DNA of 64,000 nucleotides from the NCBI GenBank assembly GCA_904063045.1, contig CAJFCJ010000004.1, positions 799,713-863,712 of the forward strand. The letters are read 5' to 3'. The notes under the pieces are model-generated. The model did not search any database, was not told the origin of the DNA, and was given only the letters and a program-made list of their open reading frames with translations. The translations under genes were made by a program, and so were the position numbers. The stretch is from Dimorphilus gyrociliatus (taxonomy: Eukaryota > Animalia > Annelida). Of the stretch, positions 27,557-42,025 are shown piece after piece (the stretch's first letter is position 1; each line of letters opens with the position of its first letter).

Positions 27557-29825
27557 ATGTCGGTTTCAGAAGTAAATGATGAAATCGACTCCCAGAAAAT
27601 CATGGACAAGGTGGAGAAAAAGTTTTCAATTTATTATCCCTCCCTTCCCTTTTTTTCAAAGAATATTTCTAGTAATTCCTAACTACACAGATTTTAGATA
27701 TTGTTAAAGATTTGACGGGAGATGACGGAGACATAACTAGAAAAATTGTAGCCCCATTCCAAAAGATAAACAATAAGTTTTTAAACTCCAAAGGATTTTA
27801 CGATTTCCTATTATCAATGATGGAAAGACTTGGAAATCAGCCAACAGATAAATATCAAATAATTAATGAGCTTATAGATGAGCTTAAAGCTTATTCAGGA
27901 ACAAAAAAGAGAAAAAGCGATACACCAATTGTGACAGACGAGAAAAAAAAGAAAAAAAGTGAAACTATGTCGGAAGATGTGCGAACTAAAAGACTGCAAA
28001 AACTTGAAAAACTATTACAATCTTTACATAAACGGTGAGTTCGATAAACATTAAAGTTTAGTTGGGTGTCCGTTTAAATGAAATAGATAGTTCGCAAACT
28101 TCTATGTGACCTGATATTAATATAGTGTGTTAATATATATAATGTATATACATATTCAATAACACACTATATTATATATTTTAATTAACAATCAATTACA
28201 AGTCAAATCAATTTAAACGCAACAATGATTTTTTCATTTTCTAACTATGGTTTCTCCTTTGTCAGTTGTTGCTATTTTTAATTAATTGTATATATTCCAA
28301 AAATTTATCTATTCTGACCTTTCCTTATCACTTGTTCGCTGCTTTTTTTTTAACCTTATGTTTTTCCATTTCTATCGTCCCTTCTTTCATTTTTTTTCTA
28401 TCCCTCTCCATCTTTCATTCTCACCTGTTTTCCTTCTTACAGGATAAAGGAAGAAGATGAACGAGAAATTTCTCTAGACGAAATGGAAAGTGAAAACGCT
28501 CACACGTATGTCCATAGGTTAAAACGCAAGCTCGTGGCTGTTTATGCTAAAATTTGCGAATTAGAAGAGCGCGATTTAACCCTTGGGCGGAAAATGGAAA
28601 AGAAAGTTAATTTTTCCGCCACGCAATATACTGAGCTCAACAAAAAAGTATCAAAGTTAATTAATCAGGGAAGACATTTTCCAGATTTTTGTGATGTTCT
28701 TACTTTGATTCAAAGGTGTAATGTCAAATATAATTATAATCTCAGGTAAAAATTTGTCATTAATGTTCATGACGGTTAATGATATAAGATCGTTTTCAGT
28801 AATAAACGTATTGAAGGTTTAGCAAGGGAAATTTTCACTGAAGTGGGAAATGCTTTGCAAAAACGAAGACAAGATGATGATCGCCAGAATTTCGGTTGCC
28901 ACTTGACCGACAGCATAAGGTTTCTAGATTTTTTGTTTTTTATATATATGATGTTATATCATAAACAGCAGAATTTGCTTTTTACTTAATTTATAAGAGA
29001 CGAAACGGATCCTGCAGAAATGAATTACGGGCTACGAAAAAAACTTGATGAAAATAGAAAAATTAATATTAAAAATATTGATGATGTTAGTATTCTCATT
29101 ATATAACAAATGCATTTAAATGAAAATTGCTAGACAGATAATGAATAAATATACAAGATTACAAGAAGAAAAGCAAGATGATCAAGAAGAATCGTCGACT
29201 GAAGAAGACGGAAGTGATTCTGAAAGTTGCGATGATGAGACTATTCTTGACGGTTCTTCTTTTTCAATTTCCTTTATATTATCAAATATATTGAATTGAT
29301 ACTTAATTACAGTTTCTCAAGAGCTACTCGAAGATTTTCCCTCATCAACAGAGGGTTCGGTCCCTCTGTTTGAAATATCAGAGGAAAGTGGTTAGTTCAT
29401 TAGTTAGTCATCACCATTGAATTACTCCCAGGTGTTTATTAGTAGATGATACTGAAGATGAAATTGTAATTTCACGTATTGGAGCATGTGAAGATAGTTT
29501 AAATAATTTAAAAGAAAAGGACGAAACATCGCCAAAAAGAACGGAACCACTACGCTCTACAGCTCGCAAATCAACAGCTGTTAGAAAACGAGCAGTAGTA
29601 AAAGCACCATCACCGCTGCCTTCCTCATCGCCAAAAAATGTCAATAGTTTAGAAGCTGACGAAGATGACGATATTCTTATTCTTCATGTAAAAGCTAGTA
29701 GTGAAGTGAATAATTATCAAATTCCACCTGAAGTAGCAAAGCAAATACTGCAACCAGTTAAGAGAGAAACACAAAAACAAACTGACTCATCAAACGTGCT
29801 AATAGTTATAAGTGACTCTGACTAA
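27557..29825 (+). CDS. DAXX: Death domain-associated protein DAXX, H3.3 chaperone (about 494 aa)
   Basis: Exons 27557-27610, 27691-28034, 28443-28745, 28800-28919, 28998-29085, 29138-29252, 29313-29390, 29443-29825; total 1485 nt. Helical bundle (KYQIINELIDELKAY), histone-binding domain (RLKRKLVAVYAKICELE, TQYTELNKKV, FPDFCDVL, NFGCHLTD, DPA), acidic region and C-terminal SUMO-interacting motif VLIVISDSD*. Confidence 0.93.
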
Positions 29826-30346
29826 AAGAACTCTTGAATTATCTTATTTCACGTTTTCCATAAAGTCTGTATAACAAAGCTTCAAAACACTTGATTTATC
29901 TTTTGAACAGATTTTTCATTTGAATAATACTTTTGAAAAATAAATTGTTCTTTTTACTCTGAAATCAAATATTCACTCTAGATGGCTGTCAGATCGTTTT
30001 AATAGTGCCCCCTTTCGTTTAAATCTTAAACGAGGCTAATGTGAGTTTGCAAATCGCTGCACGTTCCAGCCTTAACTGTAAGTTTTTTTTTGTAAAATAA
30101 TTTAGCTTTTAGTAAAATACTGTTGATTTATTTTTGTTGAATTTACTTATTTTCTCAAACAAATTGAACTAACAATTGATTTTTTCATTTAAATATTTTT
30201 CTATATTATTATACAAGCTTATGGTCACATCGAGTGATATTTATTGAGAAAAATAAGCATATTTGTCAAAGATATCTTGGTAGCCAATAGCGTTTTGCTT
30301 TAATTTTTCTCTTTTCTTTTTTTCCTACGTACCGTACTTCTCTTCC

Positions 30347-30378
30347 TTCTCTCTCTCTCTCTCTCTCTCTAAGTCTGC

Positions 30379-30410
<32 letters not shown>

Positions 30411-30421
30411 GTTTCTCTCTT
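30347..30421. repeat. (CT)n microsatellite
   Basis: Interrupted TC runs upstream of PDE8. Confidence 0.9.
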
Positions 30422-32892
30422 CTATACAGTATATACAGTATATATATATATATCTCGCTCTCTTTCTCCTCTCTCGTTCCTACTTGTACGTTAGTAAACA
30501 AGCGAGGAATAATTTCAACATTCTAAACCATTTGACATTATACACGAGGCACGTAACCTTTTCTGTTGTTGTATAAAAAAAATAGGAATCTGTAATAATG
30601 AATTTAATATAGAATAATTTTAAATATTTAACATATAAATTAGCTAATCAAAATGAACCTTGGTGTGAAAGATTTGTACTAAAGAATTTTCTGGGTCTTT
30701 AATTATTCCAATTAAAAAAAAGGTATGCATTATTTAAATAGTCTACTACTAGATAAAAATTCATGCTTTTTAGCTTCTTTAACATGTTATTTAGGTATTA
30801 ACTTACATCAGGTTACATTCTTTTGTATTTTTTATATCATTAAATAGAGTATTCTTTCAAATTTTTTAGTTTCGGTAATCGAAAAATAATAGCACTTAAG
30901 AGAGATTTATGTATTGAATTATTAGCACTTTCTAAAATTTCTTAAACTCTTTGTTACTATGATGTAATTGAAACGACACAATTGTATGATAAAAAAAAAT
31001 GAGAAAACTGAACAAAATGGTAAAAAAAAACCATGGCTATAGAGCGTCTAAGCCGATTCAGGGACCTTGTTGTAATAAACTTTGCAACTTGTTTCCTTTC
31101 TTTCTCTCTCTCTCTCTCTCCACTCCCTCCCCTCCTCCCTCCCTCTCTCTCTCTCTCTCGCTCTATCATCCTTTCTCTACGTTTTTTTCTCTCTTGTAAA
31201 GAAATATGTTTGTATATACATATAATGTATATATTTATAATAGCAATAGGTAAAGTATCAAAAATCCATTCAATATATAGTTAAATTGTTTATGTAAGAG
31301 CTCTTTTTTCAAAGGCAAGATATTTTCCAGATTTTTTTCCGGAATATCTATAATGTGGCAGAAATCTGGTATGCTTAACATTTGACGCATCCCCTTCAAA
31401 TGTGTTGATTGTATACGAGATTTCATAAATAAACATATTGAAATTGAGTACTTTTAAATAAATTATATTTTAATAAACACAAATTGTCTAAACTTATGCC
31501 ATAATAGAGTGTCAAATTAATATGTATATACTATATTATTCAGTAAAAGAATACTCGTATCATAGATAGAAATAAAAAGACTTTGATTAATTCTCATATA
31601 CGTATGTTGTCTTGAAAATGGATTATGTTTATAAAAGAAATATATCCCAAATGCAAGCTAATTTTTCCTTATTTTTCCACCTTCTTATACAAAACAAAGG
31701 TTAAACAAAAGTCGAAAAGTAATTGATGAAGAACAGAATGCTTTTGTTGTAATTTTCTTTCTACTTTTCCCTTTTTTTATGATTTATCGTAAAATGCAAA
31801 GATTTATTTAGTTGAATTTCGTATTATTGTGTAGACTTCTTCTTAAGACATTTAAAATAGTGTTTTTTAACATATATAGTATATTTTATAGTGTTATACT
31901 AATATATAGTATTTACCAGTATCTATAAATAGATTTATTTATATATGTTATATTTCGTATATATTTATGTTTTATTTAAAAAAAAATTAGACCAATTCGT
32001 AACGAATACATTACACTTATTGATCTTTGTACTATACTTAAATATTTCAATACTGTCTATTGAGATTCATAGATGAAAAAAAAAAAGAACAATATAGTAA
32101 GATATCAAATTCGAAAATAAATGGAATATACGAAAAAGAGAATTTCCCACGCCTTAAAAACGATAAAAAAGTAATTATTTTACTGTTTATTATTGTAATA
32201 TTCTTATTTTATATACATTAATATATATATATATATGTGTGTAAGTCGTTATCTATTGTAGTAATTCAAATTTGAATATATTTCATAATTATAATTTATT
32301 ACATAATGCTTATCCAGTCGTTGTTTTCATAATATTTTTTTTTATATATAAGATAATATATTAATTATAACTGTCTTTATATAAAAGGATTTTCTTACAA
32401 ACTATCAGACTCTTTCTCTCTCTCTCTCTCTCTCTCTCACTTTCTTTTTACTTTCCTTCTTTTCTTCTTTCTTTCCTTTTTCAACATTCATTCATCAGTG
32501 TACAAACAGTACTGTATACATATTTCATATATAAGTGATTTCTATGTTAACTTTCTACTCTTTTATGAATAAGAAAAGTTTTCTTCTAAGTGGCTATTCA
32601 ATATGTTAATTATTTCATTTCTACTTTTTTCTCCCTTTAAAAAGCCTAGTTGATAAAAAGCGCGGAAAGATCAAAGTACAATTTTTCAGATAATACTATC
32701 TCGTAGCTAGGTGTCGTCATGCGTAGAGATATATAGGCTAAATTGGTTAATGACTAACATTTTTGTGTTGATTCTGTTGATGCACTTTTTTCAAATATTT
32801 TCATAACAAATTTCTCATTTGGAAATCAATTGTTTCAGAAACATTTCGGATATAAACACTAAATATACTCAACATGCGGCCCTAGCCAAATT

Positions 32893-34774
32893 ATGGGCTG
32901 CGCATCGAGCGTTCACTTATCCCAATCGTCGTTAGAATATCAGAATCCGTCTAAAGTAAGTGTACATACTCTTTATAATTGGCCGTCACCTAGACGGCGT
33001 TACTATGGAAACTATATATGGGACAATAAAAAAACTGAAGGTCGAAAGGTCTATTTTCAACAATTTCTGCCTTTGTTGCTCAAAGACAACCGAAACACCA
33101 TTTGATCGGAGGAAAGTGGATGGGAGATTGTCAGATGATGACACAACCCAAAAATTAGCTGTGAGAGAAAGAATAAGGCGTTCAATTAGTTTTAGAGAAG
33201 GAGGCCTTTTTGAGTTGTTTTTCTATGTTCTATTAATAATTATAATAAATAGTAAAGAAGCAAACTTGACTCCAAGACGGCACATTAAATCACATGCATA
33301 GCAAGTGGTTAACAAGCTGTTGAAGAGGCTGAACGTAGTAAAATAGCTCAGTGGGTTTCCATATCTTTATATATACATACATATATTCAGTATATGGATA
33401 TACTGAATATATTTTCCCATTTATTCACTTGCTTTCAACGCAGTATGCGTATATAGTGTATAGTATATATATATATATTTATCTTTTTGCATGTATTAGA
33501 CTTTGAAGTATCATATATTATACTAGAGCATCAGTCATTGTAAAAAGCTATCTTTATGCATTAATTGGATCTCTTTCCCCATGTATTTTTTTTTAATTTT
33601 TTTTCTGATAGGCTTTTTAAAGATTAAGAAAATTTCCATCCTTATCATGGTATATACAATGTTGTCCTTAGATTTTGGGAATATTATGTATAATATATAT
33701 AAATATCCATACAGCATATATATATATATATATATACTGTATATATATTTTACATTTTATTTAAATAACATCAATATGCTTATTACCTACTCACTATTTT
33801 TTCGCGCCTTTTATGATAATTTTGCTTTAACAATTATTTCATATTGTGTAATTAGCTTTTTTATTATTATTTTTTTTCCAAGTTATTTCCTTAAAGCATT
33901 TTTTTTTTAAAAAAAAATAGTAAAAGATTAATAATATACATAAAAATAAAACATTATTAAGAAAAAGTAAAAAAAAAATCAGGAAAAAAAATTTAATTAA
34001 CGAATTGCATTTGGAATAATTGAGCATAATGTCAAGGGGCGCTAGATGAAACATTAGAAGACTAACATATTACTAATTAGTATAATACTAAATTTTTTTT
34101 AAAATCCTTTTATATCTAATCTAGGGAACGCTTGACGATCATATGGAAGACGGAAAATTGGGAGCATTTGTTGGGAAACGATCTGCCACAGCGTTACTCG
34201 TATTTCATAAAACGGATGCTGTACAGAACGCTTGGGAGACGACCTGCAGGTAGAATTTTCGTTTATAATAAGTTGAAGAAAACATATAGTTAGCTGTATT
34301 AAATAGTTTTAGTATTTCTTTTGTGGTTAAAAGTCCCTTTTAATGCCACTTTTAATCACTAGAGAGTAAACGGAAACTGTATGAGAGATATAGCATCGAT
34401 TTCATTTGGTATATAAGCATAAATTTTGCCTTCTATTCCCAATCATTTTCATTCTATAGCAATGATATAACAATATTTATAAATGTATTCACGCTATAGA
34501 ATTTTCCTTTAATTTATTAACGTTGTAAATGCTGCTGAACTAAAAGACGGAGGGATATCAGCTCTGTAATATATATTTATATTATAATCTATATATATGT
34601 ATATATATATATATACATTCACATATATTTATTTGTGTGTGTATTTATATATGTTTATTTATTTTGATCTTGTATTTTTCATATGATTTTTATAAAGAAA
34701 GAGGTAACTAATATACAAATAATCCTTTGACAATGGAGTAGATCACGTTCTCGTCTTTTATTCGTCCATAAACA

Positions 34775-34840
<66 letters not shown>

Positions 34841-36342
34841 TGTTTACTTCAACGTCTTATATTGTTCTTCAAATCTATTCACGTGAATAATCTGAAAACT
34901 GCTATCTGTTTTTTTTACCTAAGACATTTTAAAAGAAAAGTTTTCCTTAAAAGACGTCTCTCCATGCGTGTATGTAATCTAGAAGAATTCTCCCGTATAT
35001 ACTGATATACATTTTATAAGATGCGAATATTCAATTAGGATATGAGGAAGGGTTTCGCAGTTAATTAATTCATTTTATAATGGAGCGAAAATATCACGAA
35101 CATTCAATTTGATTACCTTAATAAATTTTGGAAACAGCGCAAATAAAGTGTGAAAACATCTGGTTGATGTTCTTTTTTTTCTTTAAAAAAAAAGAGGGGA
35201 AAGTTTCACTCGTTAAAATAAAATATTTAAGATAGTGCTGTTGTTTTTTTTTCTTTTTTTTTTAATGATATTAAATGTATACTGTATCTATTTTCTAACC
35301 AACACTTTAGCTAGTTACATAGTTCTTATTATAAAGATTTTGATAAATGTCAAGGTTAAGCGACTTATTTGCGCATGCCGCACTCAACTCGATATGAAAA
35401 GCATTAATTATTGTAGAAAGAATATTTTATTTAATCTGTATCTGTGTGTGTGTGTGTGTGTGTGCGTATATGTGTGTGCCTCTCTATCTATCTATCTATC
35501 TCTTTCTCTCTCTCTCTCTCTCTCTCTTACCTTATTCACATTTCTATCTTGGGAACACGATCGAATACCTTGAATAATTCTAGCTATTTCAGATATTTAT
35601 GTTCAAGTGTGCTACACCCATCTCGCACGTTAGGAAATAATCTGATACGTTAGAACATTTAGATATTTTTTACTACTTAAACCATTAAAATCATCAACTC
35701 GAGTTAATCTTATAATAGTTTATGCAATAGTAGAGATAATATAGAGTTTACTGTCCAAATGCGTTAAATTTCATTATTTATTTATTACATTTCCAAGTCA
35801 ATTTTTTCCTGTTACATATAAATATAAGTATTTCCCATTTATAGGTTATATTTTTGTAGAATGAACTGTACAATATGAATTCCAGTCAATCTGCAGTAGG
35901 AAACAAAACAGCTGTACGCTATGAATAAAACTGTACCAGATAATATTTTCCTCATAAAAGCTGAATCACACTGATAATATTGGTTGGTAAAAGATTCAGA
36001 CTGAAAGAGGTGTTTAATAGATACAAATCTTATCTGAATAACTTTCTATTAGTTGAAAGTATATCATTTTTTTTCTCTTTGAAATAAGTAGAAAGAACAA
36101 AAGTGTTGCTATTTTAAAAAGCATCTGTTGTTTTTTTCTTTTTTTTTATATTGAAAACAATTAAAATAATTTTTAAAATTTAGAAAATATAGCAAAAATA
36201 TAGAAAATATAGAAATAACAATTAAACAGCCATAACCGAATTTTTTATTATCATTTTTCTTTGTTGTATTTCATTATTATTATTATTATTCAGATTTTTA
36301 TTCTTTTGTTTTCCTACTTTTATTCCTTTTAAAAGAAGTAAA

Positions 36343-36377
<35 letters not shown>

Positions 36378-39300
36378 ATTTTATTATTATTATTATTAAC
36401 TCTTATCATTTTGATATTTTTTTTTCTGTTGTTTTGTCTTTGTTGTATGTAGATTATCTAGCGAAAAAAATACGATATGTATTAATATTAAAAACCTCTT
36501 TTCTTGTCATATAATTATATCTTTTCGCTATATTGTACTCTAAATATTGTATAATGTGTAATTAATATCAGGTTGAAATAGGGAATTTTTACCATTTTAA
36601 TTCTCTTCTAAGTTAGATCTTCAAAGAAATAAGCCCTTTAATGTAATAAAAATCACGCCAAGAGCCTTATATGGTGGTAAATATGGTAAAAAAAAGAAAA
36701 AAAAAGTCGTTAACCATTAATACACTAATCATCTGAATATTTTTTATATAATCGATAGCAGATAAAATGTTCTGTTAATTTAATTACTCAATACTTTGCT
36801 AAAGTTTTACTTTTGAACGGTAAATTAGTAATTGATCTTGAAAGATTATCGGTACAAGTAAATATATTAATTGCCATTAATATTTATATTTTTTTATAAC
36901 GCCTTTTAATATATTAGAAATTCAATGAATTTTGATAAGAAGAGTAAAAAAATCAATTAATGAGAAACTTGAGAATACTTTACTTTGCTTTATCATTATT
37001 TCTAATCTATTTATTTTGTTTTACCATTCTCGAAGTTTCATGATTTCTTTTTCTAATCAATAAACAATACGAACAAAATGGATGAAAAGGTATTTTTTGC
37101 TTTTTTAGTTCATTATCCTACTTTTTCTCAAATTATACTTTCTTCAACGTAAAATTACATATTACAAAAGATTAATTCAGGGATATGCATAGTAATTATT
37201 TGAAACTCCGTAATTATGCGTGTGCAGATGTTTTAAAAGTAGCTATGAAAAGGATAGTGAAAGAGAAGAGAATGAAATGAGAGTCTGAAAGAGAGAGAGA
37301 GAGAGAGAGAAGAAGGAAAAGGGAAGGATTTTTTCCTTTCTCCACCTATTTTAGAGTGAGATGATAATTATTAAAAACGACATTAATTATTTTTGTAATT
37401 AAGTTAATAATAACTAAAAAAAAATATTTAAATAAAATTTGTTAATTTATTATTAAGAAAATAGGAAAAAAAAGGAGAGATACATTTAAATTATTAAAAG
37501 AAATTTGCTTCGGCAAATAATGACATAGAAGGAGTGAAATAATTCCTGTCCTTATAGTAATTTCTTTTCCAGTTATATGCTAATACCGTTAAAATAAGCA
37601 CGTATCAACGTTGATTAGAATATAAGTAGGAGCTGAAAGTAATGCATCTCTTGGCATCTGTTTATCACATGGTCATTTTTTTCTTACCTCCACTTACAAT
37701 AGAAATATTAATTGTATTCTTTATTATATATCTTCAATTTTGAAAGAAATATTATATATACGGATACAAAATGTACTTTTAATCATATATAAACTTAATT
37801 AAGCCTATATACTAATTAAGTTCATATTGATATAAACGGTTTATTATAAAAAAGGAATGTTTTTGATATTTTTTTCTTTCAAATATTTAATAAGATAGCA
37901 AAGATAAGATTAGTGAGGTGTTTTTTCTTTATTTCATTTTTGTTAAATGTCACTCTATTAAATATACATTTTCCATTTATAGTTCTGTAGAAAAGTATAA
38001 AAAAATATATACTTTTGCTATATGTTCTTCATTTAAATGTACGCTATATTCTATTTACAATATCTATATACTTCCGGTAGATAATATTTATCTCGAACAA
38101 AGACAAAGATTTGCCATTTTCTCTCCCTCTCATCATAATCCACTTTATAGCTTGAAGGTATATAAAAAAAGGCAGAGGATGCGCATTAATTACTTAGTTG
38201 TTTGTTTTTAATTGAAATTATCCATTTTCTTCGTGATAGTTGTCTTAACTGATTATCGTTCAATCATTCTTCATGATAGAATAGATTGAAAGTTATAGAA
38301 AACAATTCATATAAGTTTAATTTATTTTAAATAGAAACTTTGGGTGGAAGTTAACATGCTGCAAAGGACACGAAGAAGCAAATAATCTCTTCTGTGAAGC
38401 AAGACATGACGTTATAATTTTGGATAGAAGGTCGCCGAGCGTTTTAGATGCCGACGCCGTGTGCAGGACTATTAGGTCGGTGACGTTGGACGAATACAGT
38501 GTAATTTGTGGCGTCGTTTCGTCGCTCGAGTAAGTATAGTCTAATTGCGGTAAAAAACCTTATTGATCTTTCCATCTAATTAGGCACACGTCTCCCGACG
38601 AGGATTTTGCGACTATGATAGCTAATGGTTATAATACGGTTAGTCGTTTTTGCCAATAAATTATTATTATTGTTATTATTATTAATAATAATTAGATGGG
38701 TAAAAATCTCTGCTAGGGATTATTACTAAACAGAATACCATCATACAAAAAATGTTGCTAAAAAAAGGGGGATGGCTGGTAACATTAATATATAATAACT
38801 ATCCTATTTCCTTTACGTTAAATTACCATACTTAAGTAGAAAATATTATATATTTTTTTTTAGTAAGTTAATCGTTAGGAGGCGCTATTGAATGCATAAA
38901 GTCTGTGCAGTTGGCTAAACAGGTAATTTGTTGCGTAACATTGAATTGCTTCAGGAAATAGGGAAATTAATTTCATTAAGGGATCCTGTACTTTATTCCA
39001 TTCTTTTTCTTCTTTTTCTCTTCTTTTACCCTTCGAATATTTATATAAAAAACGTAAATCTTATGACACGGTTTCCCTCTCCTCCTCTCTATCTCCCCTT
39101 CCTCTTTCACAATTCCATCATGCCTGCCCTTTCGTATTTTTTTATACCCACCCTCACCTAATTCCTGCTATTTTAACCTTTTTAACTACTTTCCATTATC
39201 CTCAGAGTTATAAAAGACAATGATCTAAATTCGAGTTCATCAAGCAAGAAGGACGAATTACTAGAAAATAGGCGTTAAATATCTATTTTTATCAACATTC

Positions 39301-39980
39301 TTTTTGTCAACGTAAAAAGTATTTTATTATTAAATTTATTGCCATTTACCACAACTTTTCGTCTTTTGAAGGGAAATACGGCAAAAAATTGAATATTTAT
39401 AGAAAAAATTCGATATTATCTCTTATTCTCCTTTTCTAGTGTAGTGAGTGTGATTAGGCCTTTGGGCTAGCAATCTTCCGTGCTAAGATCGAAAAAGAAA
39501 TTTTCCCTTTCCTTTCTTATATATTCAATCTCTTTCCTAACCTTATTCATTTACCTTTTTCCTTCTTTTTTTCCCCATTCTTTATTTATTTATTCTTGTA
39601 TTTCTTTATTCTTGAACGATGGAAAACAAAAGACTAATAGAAATCGATTGCGTTAGAAAGAAAAACATAAAAATATTGCGGAAAAAATATAGGATAAGTT
39701 TATTTATGGGTTAGAAAATGAGTATGGTGGAGAAGAGAGACTGAGAGAGGTAAAATAACGAAGTCTAAGGGAAATTTGGTCAAAAAAAAAGGCTTAAAGG
39801 GGGTTAATCGATTAGTTGTTGGATGCAAAAAAAAAATAAAACGCCTCAAATATTCAATATGTAAGACACGTCGAAATTTCCATATTTTCTTATATAATAT
39901 TTAATGAAAATCGTGAGTATTGTCTTTTAAAATTGTAAAGATAGAAAAGAAAACGAAGAAGAAGAAGAAGAAGAAGAAGA

Positions 39981-40015
<35 letters not shown>

Positions 40016-40052
40016 AGGAAGGTTACCTAAGCAAAAATTATATAAACAATAT

Positions 40053-40089
<37 letters not shown>

Positions 40090-41988
40090 TTATATTCTTA
40101 TCAATTGTACTTGGAATATTTGCAGTATAATCTACATGTTTATTCTATGTTTAGAAAATAGAAGTTTAGTATCAATATAGGCTTATTTAAATGAAAAAAA
40201 TCTATTTACATTATTTACATAGAAGCAATGTTTACTATTACAAGACAAATACTCTACTTGGTTTATCATAGACAGAAGCTTTGTTTACCTGACAAGTAAT
40301 TTTATCACATTGTGTATGAGCTAGTATACAAGACAAATAGCTGTTCTTAGATAGTATAGATTACCTAACGAGAATAATTCATTTATCACATAACAATTGT
40401 ATTTGTTCACAGCTGGGCGAGCTTTATTATTAAATTAATCATCAGATAGAAAGAAAGAAAGAAAGAAAGAAAGAAAGTAACGCTTCCCCTATACAAAACT
40501 TCTATTTAACATTAATGCGCTAGAAAATATTTATATAGTACATTTATACTTTAAAAACTATTAATTAATTAATAGTTTAATTAATTCATCAGATGAAAAA
40601 ATTGAGTTATAAAGTATATGATAAAAAATACAATACTATTTATATTACTGTTATATAAATGTATATATAAACTGCATATATACATGATCAATAATTGTTT
40701 AGTGAAGGGAGAAAGAAACATCGCTCTTTAAATAAAAAAAATTATTGTAGAATAGTTAAATATCTATAAGGATCAGCCATAGTCTTTATTATATTTAATT
40801 GAGAAAAGAGAAATATAGGTTTTTAAATAACCTGTATTATACATTAGCGATAAATTTAACAACCAATATCTCATTATTATTAATTTTTATTTTACAGAAA
40901 TTTGCTGCTAATAAATCACTTCAAGTTTGTCATGATAATATTCTTGTACTAGATCAGTTTGTAACGCTTAAAAAAAAAATCCGAGCTGCCCACGCTCTTT
41001 TGGCAGCCGTGGAGCATTCAAGTGATGCTATTGAAATATTGGATCCTATGACGTCCACTGTCCAATACGTTAATCCGACTCACGATAGAAATTTTGGTGA
41101 TATGAAACCGCAATTGCCCAGGGATGCAAAAACATTTATTCAGCGAGCTGGGGGTGAAGGAAGCTGGCAAGGAGAGTCATCTTTCCAGATTAAGGGCAAA
41201 AACTTACGATACCAATGCTACGTTCAAACAGCTGGAGGAGGTCAACATCTTGTTACGTTGCGAAGACCGATTTTTGATCAATATCCCAGTCCAATTGCGT
41301 CCAATATGGCGGACCTGAGACGAAGAGATAGCTTAACCACTAGAATACATACGCAAAGTGTTATGCACGATGCTCCCATTTTAAAGGTAAGCTACTTGAC
41401 TTTCTTAGTTCTTCCTCCCTTTTTCATTTCTCTCAAGTAATTACTATTCGACGGAGAAGGAAATGATAAATAACTTACAAATTAGGTTTTAACAGAATAG
41501 ACAAGACGTTATAAAAAGCAATTAGGGATGATGAATATGTACTATTAGTTTGGCACAGGGGGAAATACTACAATCTTAATTCTACTTGATTTCTCTTCAA
41601 TTGATCAAAATAAATATCGCTCTCTATCAATTTTTTCTGTTCTCCCTCTCCCTCTCCCTCTCTGTCTCCGTCCCTGTCTCTGTCTCTCGCTCTTGCGCTC
41701 TCTCTCTCTTTTACCTTGCACAAAGAAAGAGAAAAAAGCATATACATATCAATTTCATTCCTTGTTTTTTTTTCTTTTCAAAATGGAAGCAACTTTTCTA
41801 TTATTTAAATATAAACACACCTCTTTTCTGTTAAAATATTCCTTATTAAGCAAATTTTATGGCGTATGACCCCATTAAAAAAACCTGTCTGCTCTAGGGA
41901 GAAATAAATTCATATAAAAATTAATAATAAACTTGTATCACTTTCTTTAGAAGCAGAATAAGCGACAGCTCACTTTCATATATACACA

Positions 41989-42025
<37 letters not shown>

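Noticed and set aside
12166-35653. Track ORFs with SLSLSL, ERERER or CVCVCV runs (12166, 12170, 14838, 17562, 17624, 30957-31284, 35235, 35444)
   Set aside because: They are translations of microsatellites, which lack stop codons. No homology or exon structure.
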